In this document: positions 12,357-21,114 of the stretch, one piece after another
Layout of the letters: every line of letters begins with the position of its first letter
Position numbering within the stretch: position 1 is the first letter of the stretch
Source of the DNA: an uncultured Methylomirabilota bacterium
GTDB lineage: Bacteria > Methylomirabilota > Methylomirabilia > Methylomirabilales > 2-02-FULL-66-22
Direction of reading: 5' to 3'
NCBI GenBank assembly: GCA_963845565.1
Contig: CAWJSJ010000006.1
Span: 32,001-96,000, forward strand
DNA length: 64,000 nucleotides
Program-made: the position numbers and the translations under genes
The notes under the pieces: model-generated
What the model was told of the DNA's origin: nothing
The model's database searches: none
The model's input: the letters and a program-made list of their open reading frames with translations, nothing else

Positions 12357-13232
12357 CTACGGTATACCGAGCGCCATCCCGCGCACGAGGAGGCTCTGGT
12401 CCCCGAGGATCCCGTCCGGCTGGAAACGCATCAGCAAGAGCAGGAGGATTCCGTACAGGAGCGTGCGGTACTCCATGGCCGGCCGGGAGATCTCCGGCAG
12501 CGCGCCCAGGATGATCGCCCCCACGATGGGTCCCCGGAGCGTGCCGATGCCCCCGAACACGACCATCGAGAGAATGACCATGGACTGGGCGAAGCCGAAA
12601 TTGACCGGCATGATGAATGTCAGAAAATGGGCGTATAGACTGCCGGCCAGCCCCGCCCCGGCGCTCCCCAATGTGAAGGCCAGGACCTTGAAGCGAACCA
12701 CGTCGATCCCCATGGCGCCGGCCGCCTGCTCGTCTTCGCGAATCGCCGCCCAAGCCAGGCCGATCCACGATCGCGTGAGCCAGCGATCGGCGGCGATCGT
12801 CACCAGAATCACGACGCACACCAGGATGAGGAATCCCGACTTGCCGATCTCCGCGCCAAAAACGCTGGGCGGTTCGATTCCACCGATCCCCATACCGGCG
12901 CCGAAGAAGGGGATGTACAGGAAGACCGCCTCGATCACGAAGTTGATGCCCATCGTGGTGATGGCCAGGAAATCCTCGCGGACACGGAGGCAGGGGATCG
13001 CCAGGATCGCTCCCACCAGGCCGGCCATGAGACCGGCGATAAGAAAGGACGGCCAGAAACTGAACCCCGCCTTGGTGAAGAGGAGGGCGGACGTGTACGC
13101 CCCGATCCCCATGAACGCGGCATGGCCCAGCGAGATCTGACCCGCGTAGCCCGTGATGATGTTCAGGCTGAGGGCCAGAATGATATAGATCCCGATGGTG
13201 ATCAGGACCGTGATCGTGTATCCGCTCAACAC
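12357..13232 (-). CDS. livM: ABC transporter permease (LivM family)
   Basis: GYAGQISLGHAAFMGIGAY, AIREDEQAAGAMGID, VVFGGIGT. Confidence 0.9.
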   Translation of the reverse strand: MLSGYTITVLITIGIYIILALSLNIITGYAGQISLGHAAFMGIGAYTSALLFTKAGFSFWPSFLIAGLMAGLVGAILAIPCLRVREDFLAITTMGINFVIEAVFLYIPFFGAGMGIGGIEPPSVFGAEIGKSGFLILVCVVILVTIAADRWLTRSWIGLAWAAIREDEQAAGAMGIDVVRFKVLAFTLGSAGAGLAGSLYAHFLTFIMPVNFGFAQSMVILSMVVFGGIGTLRGPIVGAIILGALPEISRPAMEYRTLLYGILLLLLMRFQPDGILGDQSLLVRGMALGIP

Positions 13233-13252
13233 CTGAGAAGACCCCTTGGGTT

Positions 13253-13335
13253 AACCACAGATTGCACAGATGACACAGATAGCACAGATGCAGCCCCGGG
13301 GTCCGATACCGGGGAAATCTGTGTAATCTGTGGTT
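13253..13335. repeat. 9-bp-period inverted-repeat element A
   Basis: AAC CACAGATTG CACAGATGA CACAGATAG CACAGATGC ... AATCTGTGT AATCTGTGGTT. Confidence 0.9.
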
Positions 13336-13377
13336 TCACGTAACACCGGAAGAATACCCCGTGGGCAACCACAGATT
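13323..13377 (+). repeat. 55-bp exact direct repeat, copy 1
   Basis: GTAATCTGTGGTTTCACGTAACACCGGAAGAATACCCCGTGGGCAACCACAGATT, identical to 13852-13906. Confidence 0.92.
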
Positions 13378-13384
13378 TCACAGA

Positions 13385-13768
13385 TTACACAGATGGGTCA
13401 TGGCCGGACACAAACCTCCTGTGCTGAAGCGAAGGCGCCCCGAAGTTGAGGAGGAGGGCAATGCGTAGGCCTGATGCCTTCAGGTAATTGAGAACCTGAG
13501 CCTCGTCAACGACGGTTAATTGCCGGATAGCTTTCAGTTCCAGGATTACCGAATCAAAACATATGAAGTCCGCACGGTAGGTAGGGGAGAGCTTCTCTCC
13601 CTTATAAAAAACGGGAATCTCACTCTGCGCGCGAAACGGAACGTTGCGCAAGCCAAGTTCCTTGGCCAGGGCGTCCTGGTACACCGCCTCAAGAAAACCC
13701 GGACCGAGTATCCGGTGAACTTCCAACGCCGCCCCGATTATCGCGTGCGTCCTAGCATCCCTTTCCAC
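13385..13768 (-). CDS. GxxExxY protein (PD-(D/E)XK nuclease-like)
   Basis: IIGAALEVHRILGPGFLEAVYQDAL, YRADF...VILELKA, EAQVLNYLKASG, LLLNFG; GTG start at 13768 after GGAG gives 127 aa (the ORF extends to 13834). Confidence 0.92.
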   Translation of the reverse strand: MERDARTHAIIGAALEVHRILGPGFLEAVYQDALAKELGLRNVPFRAQSEIPVFYKGEKLSPTYRADFICFDSVILELKAIRQLTVVDEAQVLNYLKASGLRIALLLNFGAPSLQHRRFVSGHDPSV

Positions 13769-13792
13769 GTCGGCTCCCGATTCAACTAGGGT

Positions 13793-13864
13793 AACCACAG
13801 ATTGCACAGATGGGTTAGGACCCGGATCCTGCATTAATCTGTGTAATCTGCGTAATCTGTGGTT
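13793..13864. repeat. 9-bp-period inverted-repeat element B
   Basis: AACCACAGATTGCACAGAT ... CCCGGATCC ... AATCTGTGTAATCTGCGTAATCTGTGGTT. Confidence 0.9.
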
Positions 13865-13906
13865 TCACGTAACACCGGAAGAATACCCCGTGGGCAACCA
13901 CAGATT
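13852..13906 (+). repeat. 55-bp exact direct repeat, copy 2
   Basis: Identical to 13323-13377, offset 529 bp. Confidence 0.92.
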
Positions 13907-13995
13907 GCACAGATTCCACAGATTCCACAGATGGCACAGATTTGGCCCCGGGTCCGAACACAGAGAAATCTGTGTAATCTGTGAAATCTGTGGTT
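13896..13995. repeat. 9-bp-period inverted-repeat element C
   Basis: Five CACAGATnn units ... CCCGGGTCC ... AATCTGTGT AATCTGTGA AATCTGTGGTT. Confidence 0.9.
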
Positions 13996-14002
13996 TCGCG
14001 CC

Positions 14003-14860
14003 TCAGCCTTTTCCTAGCAGCCCGTGGGGGCGGAACATCAGGACCAGGATCATGGCCACGAACGCCAGGGCATCGCGCGGGAACGGGATGGCCACCACCC
14101 CGATCAGGAGCGTCTCTGCCAGTCCGATAAGGAACGAGGCCAGGACGCTTCCCGGGATGTTTCCCAGGCCGCCGAGGACGACGATTGCAAGACACTTGTA
14201 TGCGGGGATGCTGCCCATCGTCGGCCACACCTGATTATCGTAGACGCCGATGAGGACGCCCGCCGCACCGGCCAGGGCGGAGCCGATGACGAAGTTCAAG
14301 GTGACTACCAGCCGGGTGTTCACGCCGAACGTCGAGGTGGTGTCGGCATCCATGGCGGTGGCCCGCATGCTGAGGCCGACGGCGGAGCGGGACAAAAGAA
14401 GCCAGAGGAGTCCGAGCAATCCCAGCGTCACAGTGAAGATCAGGCTCTGTGGAGAGCTCAGACGGAGCGGCCCGGCGCTCAAGGCGGGGAAATGGATCTC
14501 GGCATCGTAGGCCAGGGCATAGGGTCCTGCGACGATGCGGAATGCCTCCTCCATGGCGATGAAAAGCCCAATGCTTCCGATGAGCGGCACGATCCGCGGC
14601 AGATGGAGGAGCGGAGCGTAGAGGAACCGCTCCACCAGGACCCCGACCACGGCGCACACGGCCATGGCTACGGCCAGGCTCAGCCAGAAGTTCCCGAGGA
14701 GCCGGAATGCGACGACACCCGAGTAGGCGCCCAGGGCATAGATGCCCGCGTGGGCCACGTGGAGCACGCGCAGCACGCCGTACACCATGGTGAGGCCCAG
14801 TGTGGTGAGGGCGTACACGGCGCCGGTGGCAATTCCATTGGCGATCTGCTGCCAAATCAT
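14003..14860 (-). CDS. livH: ABC transporter permease (LivH family)
   Basis: QQIANGIATGAVYAL, YGVLRVLHVAHA, GLSMRATA, VLGGLGNIPG, RPHGLLG. Confidence 0.9.
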   Translation of the reverse strand: MIWQQIANGIATGAVYALTTLGLTMVYGVLRVLHVAHAGIYALGAYSGVVAFRLLGNFWLSLAVAMAVCAVVGVLVERFLYAPLLHLPRIVPLIGSIGLFIAMEEAFRIVAGPYALAYDAEIHFPALSAGPLRLSSPQSLIFTVTLGLLGLLWLLLSRSAVGLSMRATAMDADTTSTFGVNTRLVVTLNFVIGSALAGAAGVLIGVYDNQVWPTMGSIPAYKCLAIVVLGGLGNIPGSVLASFLIGLAETLLIGVVAIPFPRDALAFVAMILVLMFRPHGLLGKG

Positions 14861-14863
14861 GCG

Positions 14864-14937
14864 GAGAGCCTAGAATCGAGAGCCGAGAACGGCGAGCCAC
14901 GAGCCACGAGCCGCGACTGACCGCTGACCGCTGTCGC
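14864..14937. repeat. 7-bp-period tandem repeat
   Basis: GAGAGCC TAGAATC GAGAGCC GAGAACG GCGAGCC ACGAGCC ACGAGCC, then CTGACCG CTGACCG. Confidence 0.75.
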
Positions 14938-16101
14938 CTATTGTGCGGGCGTGATGACCTCGGGATTGTCCACCACGCCGTGGCGGCGGAACTTGCCGTT
15001 CTTCACGATCTGGAACTGGACGGGCTTCACGACCTCGCCCTTGACGAACTTGCTGATCTTGCCGGTGAGTCCGTTGTAATCCTTCGTCTCCAGCAGGGCC
15101 TTGATGACGTCCTGGCGATTCACGGAGCCGGCGCGGCCGACGGCGTTCACCAGGATCATGAAGGCATCATAGCTCGACGCGCCCACCATGTCGGGGTCGA
15201 TGTTGTAGGCTTGCTTATAGTTCTTCAGGTAGTTCTGCACCACCGGGCGGGGGTCGTCGCGGTCCAGATTGGTGGCGATGATCACCCCTTCCGCGGTCCC
15301 CTTGGCCAGCTCGATGAACTTGGGCGAGTCGAACCCCTCCTCTGCGAGGATCGGGGTCGTGATGCCGAGCTCCTTAGCCTGCAAGGTCATCAGAGCGGCC
15401 ACGTCATAGTACCCCGCAGCGAAGATGAGGTCTGGCTTGGCCTCCTTGATCCGTGTCAGGAACGGGCGGAAGTCCTTCTCGCCGGGGTACTTGTACACTT
15501 GCTGGAGCAGGACCTTGGCTCCGAGTTTCTCGGCTCGCTTGGCGAAGCCCGCCGAGATCTCGCGTCCGAAGTCGTTGTCCATGTTGAGGATGGCGGGGTT
15601 CTTGCTCTTCAAGACCTTGACGGCGTACTCGCCGGCCGCACCACCTTCGACTTCGCCGAGGAACCCGTTCCGGAAGTTGGAGTCGCTGCCCTTGGTCACG
15701 TCCGGGTGGACGGCATAGCCGGCGACCATGGGGACGCGCGCCTTGGAAAAGATCGGGGCGGTCACGCGGGTCGGACCGCTGTAGGAGCCACTGACCACGC
15801 CCACGACCTGGTCCCTCTCGATCAGTTTGTTGGCGATGGCCACGGCCTCTTGCGGGTTCAGCCGATCGTCGTACACGATCAGCTCGACCTTCTTGCCCAT
15901 GAACCCGCCCGCCGCGTTGACCTCCTTGACGGCCAGCTCGACCGACTGCTTCGCACTCGCACCGTCGGCGGCGACCGGTCCGGTGATGGGCGCGAAGAAG
16001 CCGATCTTGATTGTCTCTTGGGCGGTCGCCGGAACGACGAGATAGGTCGCCAACACGGCGACGGCGAGCAGCAGGGGCATAGCCGTTCGCATGTACTTCA
16101 T
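14938..16101 (-). CDS. ABC transporter substrate-binding protein (LivJ/LivK family)
   Basis: Signal peptide, IKIGFFAPITG, NAAGGFMGKKVELIVYDD, GVVSGSYSG; first gene of the liv-type operon. Confidence 0.9.
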   Translation of the reverse strand: MKYMRTAMPLLLAVAVLATYLVVPATAQETIKIGFFAPITGPVAADGASAKQSVELAVKEVNAAGGFMGKKVELIVYDDRLNPQEAVAIANKLIERDQVVGVVSGSYSGPTRVTAPIFSKARVPMVAGYAVHPDVTKGSDSNFRNGFLGEVEGGAAGEYAVKVLKSKNPAILNMDNDFGREISAGFAKRAEKLGAKVLLQQVYKYPGEKDFRPFLTRIKEAKPDLIFAAGYYDVAALMTLQAKELGITTPILAEEGFDSPKFIELAKGTAEGVIIATNLDRDDPRPVVQNYLKNYKQAYNIDPDMVGASSYDAFMILVNAVGRAGSVNRQDVIKALLETKDYNGLTGKISKFVKGEVVKPVQFQIVKNGKFRRHGVVDNPEVITPAQ

Positions 16102-16609
16102 GATGCGGTCCTCCTTTTCGTGAGGTCAGATTCAACCGCGGTTCCGCCGAGTTCGGCCCTGGCACATGATCGCGGTAATTAGGCCACGGAAGGGCAGCCC
16201 CCGTCAAGGGCCGACCAGCGTTGTGTCGGGGAATCAGGCAAGCGCCCCTTCGGCTTGCGAGCGACGCGGAGTTGCGCCGACGAATCCTCGGCGGCCAACC
16301 ATCGCGTCGCCGCCGGTGTCTCTGTCAAGGGAGATCCGAAGTCACTCCGGGCGTTGCGCAAGATCGCCACGCTGAAATCTGAATGCGAGATGCGGACTGG
16401 TGCCGCGCCCAGCGTCACTAGCGTCGCCAGGGAAGCTTGACAAGCATCGACGCAGAGAATAGGCTTCGCAGGAATCGCACCATCACGTCTTTTTGATGGC
16501 ACTCCAATCATGGGGACGCCGCCCATTGCCATCCGCGTCGAGTATTCCGTCTTGCACGGCGGAGTGACGCGACTATCGTTTCGTTTGACCGGCTTGGGAC
16601 CTGACCTCT

Positions 16610-17389
16610 ATGCGCTTTCCGACTACGCGGGAACGGGAGTATCTGAAGGACCTCCTTGTCGTCTTGACGCAAAAGGAGGTCAAGCTGCGTTACAAGAGCA
16701 GTTGGCTCGGGTACCTGTGGTCCGTCGCAAATCCGTTGGCGTTTGCCGCTCTGTATTTCGTCGCATTCAGCGTTTACATGCGGGTGGATATCCCGCGGTA
16801 TCCGTTGTTCCTCATTGCAGGGCTGTTCCCTTGGCAATGGATCGCCAATTCGACGGGCGCCGCACCGAACCTTTTTTTGACAAACACGAGCCTGATCAAA
16901 AAGATCAGGTTCCCACGAAATGTCCTGGTTGGGGCGGCGGTCCTGAACGATGGCATCCATTTTCTGTGCTCCATCCCGGTCCTGGTGGGATTTCTTCTGG
17001 CGTACGGCTCTCGCCCGTCGTGGTCCTGGCTGATTGGCATTCCGGTCCTCGCGCTGGGACAGTCGTTGCTCGTGTACGGACTCGCCTTGACCATAGCCAG
17101 CCTGAATCTTTTTTTCCGGGACCTGGAACGCCTCACGACACTCGTCGTCACGTTTCTATTTTTCCTGACGCCGATCGTTTATTCGGAATCCATGATTCCC
17201 GAAAAGTACCGTGCTCTTCTCTATCTCAATCCGGTTGCCCCGCTTATTCTGAGCTGGCGAGAGCTTTTCCTGTCCGGCGGTCTCGATTGGTCCGTCATTT
17301 CCCTCGGGTATCTCTACGCGGCCGGAGTGTTTGTGGTCGGGTCGCTCATCTATATGAAACTGTCGTGGAAGTTCGCCGAGGTCGTATGA
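16610..17389 (+). CDS. wzm: Polysaccharide ABC-2 permease (Wzm)
   Basis: KLRYKSSWLGYLWSVANPL, LIKKIRFP, FFRDL, FLTPIVYS, LNPV. Confidence 0.92.
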   Translation: MRFPTTREREYLKDLLVVLTQKEVKLRYKSSWLGYLWSVANPLAFAALYFVAFSVYMRVDIPRYPLFLIAGLFPWQWIANSTGAAPNLFLTNTSLIKKIRFPRNVLVGAAVLNDGIHFLCSIPVLVGFLLAYGSRPSWSWLIGIPVLALGQSLLVYGLALTIASLNLFFRDLERLTTLVVTFLFFLTPIVYSESMIPEKYRALLYLNPVAPLILSWRELFLSGGLDWSVISLGYLYAAGVFVVGSLIYMKLSWKFAEVV

Positions 17390-18123
17390 CCGCCGTACGG
17401 TTTGAGCATGTGTCCAAGTCGTATCCGATCTATAGCCAGATCTTGACTGGGCTCAAGGCGTCTCTGCTGAATGTGCCCCAGACGATCCAACGGTTCAAGC
17501 GGCACCGGTTTATGGCATTGGATGATGTGTCGTTTGAGGTCGGGCAGGGAGAATCGGTTGGCGTGATCGGGTCGAACGGGTCGGGAAAAAGCACGACCCT
17601 CGCGTTGACCGCCGGCGTTCTGCGGGCGCAATCGGGCAGGGTCGAGGTCCGGGGGCGCGTGTGCCCATTGCTCGAGCTCGGTGCGGGATTTCATCCCGAG
17701 TTGACCGGCCGCGAGAACATCCTTCTCAATGGTATCCTCCTTGGACTCACGCGGCGAGAGATCCTCGCACGAATGGACGAAATCATCGCCTTCAGCGAGC
17801 TGGAATCTTTCCTCGACCAGCCGCTCCGTACGTACTCCAGCGGCATGTACGCCCGGCTAGGCTTCTCGGTTGCCGTGCATCTGGAACCCGAAGTGTTTTT
17901 GATCGATGAAGTTCTGGCCGTCGGCGATTTGCGGTTTCAGGCGAAGTGTCGGGAGAAGCTTGAAGAATTCAAGAAGCGCCGTGTCACCATCGTGCTCGTC
18001 TCACATTCGCTGGCCGAAGTGCGCGGTTTCTGCGAGCGTGTGATCTGGCTGAAGGACGGAAAAGTCGCGGCCGACGGGGAGCCGGGTTCTGTCATCGCTC
18101 GGTACGAGGCAGCCATGGCTTGA
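17386..18123 (+). CDS. wzt: Polysaccharide ABC transporter ATPase (Wzt), no C-terminal carbohydrate-binding domain
   Basis: ALDDVSF, GSNGSGKST, LELGAGFHPELTGREN, YSSGMYARL, IDEVLAVGD; ATGA overlap with wzm; 245 aa. Confidence 0.92.
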   Translation: MTAVRFEHVSKSYPIYSQILTGLKASLLNVPQTIQRFKRHRFMALDDVSFEVGQGESVGVIGSNGSGKSTTLALTAGVLRAQSGRVEVRGRVCPLLELGAGFHPELTGRENILLNGILLGLTRREILARMDEIIAFSELESFLDQPLRTYSSGMYARLGFSVAVHLEPEVFLIDEVLAVGDLRFQAKCREKLEEFKKRRVTIVLVSHSLAEVRGFCERVIWLKDGKVAADGEPGSVIARYEAAMA

Positions 18124-18200
18124 CAACGCACGCGGGGCGCGGGAGGAGGCGAGGGCATCTTCGTGTCCGGTGCACCGTTCAGAAGGAAGGCCGTGAGGTC

Positions 18201-19161
18201 TTACGGTTTGCGCCCAAGGACAGCGTAATCCTGGGGGCCGTGAAAATATTCATTGAAGCGCTCGGCGAGGTTGGAACCGTGCACTTGGGCTCTCTCCGGA
18301 TAAGGATGGAGGGGGACAACCTCGACAGCCGTGAAACCCTGCATCTCCATCACGAACTGCATCAGACCCGCCGGAATTGGTCTTCTGTGGGTGGGATCCA
18401 GGTAGAAGGTGCAGCTGCCCACCATCACGTTTTGAGGATTGGGCGTTTCGAAGATGGCAAGCCCTCCCGGTTTCAGGACGCGGTGCGTTTCGTCCAAGAG
18501 GGCTAACAGCACATCGAAAGGCAGGTGTTCGATGATGTGAAATCCCGTCACGGCGCCAACGGCCATGTCGGGAATGTTCCGCAAGTAGGAGAGCGCGTCC
18601 TCTTCGGCGATCTCGAGACCCATTTCGCGGCACCGTGCGATGGACACGCGATTGCAGATCAGCCCCTCTCGCCTTCAGCCCTTCGTCCCTGAGCAGTTCA
18701 AGCCATTCACCTCGTCCGCAACCGAGATCAACGATGGGCATAGCCTCCGTTCCGACTCCGGCTGCCCGGACCCGGGGAAGATGAGCGCGCAGGCGCATCT
18801 TGATGTCCTCCCGGCTCCCGCGAAACCGATCCTGAAACGCCGCATACCAGGCGTCGCGCGCATGCGCCTCCTCTTGCGCTGCCTGCGCAGATTGAGCAAC
18901 TGTCGTGGAGTCGTCACCAGGGCTCTTTGTGTTGGGGAGTCGGGCGTCGAAGCGTCCTTGTTGGAGATGGAGGGCCGATGTGAGATAGGAGATCTGGCGC
19001 AGGTCCTTGTTTCGTTCTTGCTGCAGCAGCTCGATTCGCATTTCCAGTTCCGTGATCGCTTGAGACAATCGTCCTAACGGGTCAGTTGCGGTGTGGTTGG
19101 GGTCGATCGGCTTGGTGGTGAAAAGGCGGGAGAAGCGGCGGATCACCTTCGTGATAAACAA
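18201..19161 (-). pseudogene. Class I SAM methyltransferase with N-terminal coiled coil (polysaccharide-cluster type), +1 frameshift near 18655
   Basis: FQDRFRGS, VDLGCGRGEWLELL in one frame; FHIIEHL, FETPNPQN, FYLDPTH in the next; removing one base gives GADL-NRVSIARC; TTG start after GGAGG is tentative. Confidence 0.82.
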
Positions 19162-19439
19162 GGCAAGCCTCCATCCCTCACCGTGATAGCTCGTCAACGC
19201 GGGTGGCTTCAGCGGAAGCCCGAACACTTTTCCGCCGCCCCGGCGGCGCCCACGTCCCCCGGCGCGCGAGACCTTCCTTCCCAGAGTGCTCCGCGGCGTC
19301 CACCTCCGGCTCCCCGGGTCCGACCGAGGTGGAGACTCAAACCGGGGCCGAGGCGCGGGGCTACGATGGACCGTAGCACCGAGGTCAGATCGTGTCAAGG
19401 CGCGCTCGGCCGCGTGAGAGGCCGAGCTCCTCATGATAC

Positions 19440-19468
19440 TTGTTCTCGCGCGTCCCCTGTCGTACAAT
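19440..19468 (+). promoter_or_regulatory. Putative sigma70 promoter
   Basis: TTGTTC-17 nt-TACAAT upstream of 19586. Confidence 0.45.
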
Positions 19469-19585
19469 CCAACGCTAACGCGTCTCTCCCTGTAGGCAGG
19501 CAGAGGAATCGGTGTCTTCCAATTCCACCAGGCAGCGGAGATTCGACGTTCAACCGATAGGGGACGATGGTCTGCCGGATTACCT

Positions 19586-20339
19586 ATGCCTATGAGAGAT
19601 GGGTCAGCGCTCAACGCCACATCACTTCGCCCCACCGGGTTGCCCTATACTTTCAAACCCGACCAGTATTCATCTCATGCCGCTATCGCCAGCACGATTC
19701 GGGAACGCGCCACGCAGGCTCGGGATGAGCCCTATTGCGTTCTGGACATCGGCTGTGCCTATGGCTTCTTGAGACCATACCTGCCTGCGCCGCGTTTCTA
19801 CTTGATCGGGGTGGAGCGTGACGAGAAGGCAGCCGACCAGGCACGGGCCTCTTATGACGAGATATACCTGGCGGACATCGTGACGGCGCGGCGCCTGCCC
19901 CTTCGTTGCCCTGTGAACACCATCGTATTCGGCGACATCTTGGAACACGTGGCGGATCCGCTCATGGTGCTGCAGTCGGTGCACCGGGATTATGCCGGCA
20001 ACACCACCCAGGTAGTGATTTCTCTGCCCAATGTTGCGCATCTGTATCTGCGGACTCAACCTGTTGCTGGGCCGATTCGAATATGCGGACCGAGGGATCA
20101 TGGATCGCACGCACCTCCGCTTCTTCACGCTCAGCACGGCCCGGCGACTTATCGCGGACAGCGGGCTGCAGCTTCGGTCTGTCGGTGCCACTCCCGTTCC
20201 CTTGCCGCTGATTCATTCGGCGTTTGGGGAAGGCCGTCTTCTCTTTCCGTTGCATCGGATCAACAGCCTGCTCGCAAAGACGTTCAAGACCTTCTTGGCG
20301 TATCAATTCATTCTGGAGGCGGATCGTGGAGGAGGTTAG
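19586..20339 (+). pseudogene. Class I SAM methyltransferase, +1 frameshift near 20054
   Basis: YSSH, VLDIGCAYG, FGDILEHVADP, SLPNVAH then LLLGRFEYADRGIMDRTHLRFFT in the shifted frame. Confidence 0.82.
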
Positions 20340-21111
20340 TGTACCGATCGCCGAGCGTAAAGTCATTGTGGTGATGCCGGCATATAACGCATCGCAGACG
20401 TTGAAGCTCACATACGCCGGTCTCCCTCACGATCGGATCGACGGGATTATCCTGGTGGACGACGGCAGCAAGGATGAGACGGTCCGCATCGCTAAGGAGT
20501 TGGGGCTTTCCGTTTTTTTGCATACGCACAACTTCGGCTATGGGGCGAATCAGAAAACCTGTTACCAAGAGGCGCTGAAGGCCGGCGCGACGATTATTGT
20601 CATGGTGCACCCGGACTACCAGTACGATCCGACGCTCTTGCCTGAGTTGATCCGACCGATTGAAGAAGGCCAGTGCGATGTCGTGTTCGGATCGCGCATG
20701 AAGGGTATATCCGCGTACCGGCAGGGGATGCCCTGGTGGAAGTATGTGTCCAACATCGCCCTGACGTGGCTTGAGAACAGGGTATTCGGCCTGCACCTGT
20801 CAGAGTTCCACACCGGCTACCGGGCGTACCGCCGCGAGGTGCTAGAGCAGGTGAGCTTCCTTGCCAATTCCGATGGTTTCATTTTTGACCAGCAAATTGT
20901 GGCCCAGTTCGCCTCCGGCGGATTTCGGATTGGTGAGATCTCAGTCCCGGTCCGGTATTTTCCAGAGGCATCCAGCGCGGGCCTGATCGCCAGTGTAGTC
21001 TATGGACTGGGAATCCTGTGGTTGTGTGTTCGGTATTCTCTGCACAAGCGGGGCCGCTGGCCAAGCATGCAGTACACCGTTCATGCCAGCCGGTATCGGC
21101 CCGCCAAATAG
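20326..21111 (+). CDS. Glycosyltransferase family 2 (Dpm1/polyprenyl-P glycosyltransferase-like)
   Basis: VVMPAYN, VDDGSKD, NFGYGANQKTCY, HPDYQYDP, SEFHTGYRAY; GTG start after GGAGG. Confidence 0.88.
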   Translation: MEEVSVPIAERKVIVVMPAYNASQTLKLTYAGLPHDRIDGIILVDDGSKDETVRIAKELGLSVFLHTHNFGYGANQKTCYQEALKAGATIIVMVHPDYQYDPTLLPELIRPIEEGQCDVVFGSRMKGISAYRQGMPWWKYVSNIALTWLENRVFGLHLSEFHTGYRAYRREVLEQVSFLANSDGFIFDQQIVAQFASGGFRIGEISVPVRYFPEASSAGLIASVVYGLGILWLCVRYSLHKRGRWPSMQYTVHASRYRPAK

Positions 21112-21114
21112 GTT

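Noticed and set aside
13253..13995. CRISPR array
   Set aside because: Only two long repeats, the intervening spacers are identical rather than unique, and there are no cas genes.
16160..16173. Sigma54 -24/-12 promoter (TGGCACATGATCGC)
   Set aside because: GG-GC spacing is 9 rather than 10 nt and the TTGC is imperfect.
16102..16609. tRNA, att site or riboswitch at the left boundary of the glycan locus
   Set aside because: No cloverleaf, no repeat matching the right boundary and no recognisable aptamer by eye; an Rfam scan would be decisive.
16510..17385. N-terminal extension of Wzt (537-aa ORF)
   Set aside because: Overlaps wzm in another frame; the ATGA-coupled start at 17386 is more plausible.
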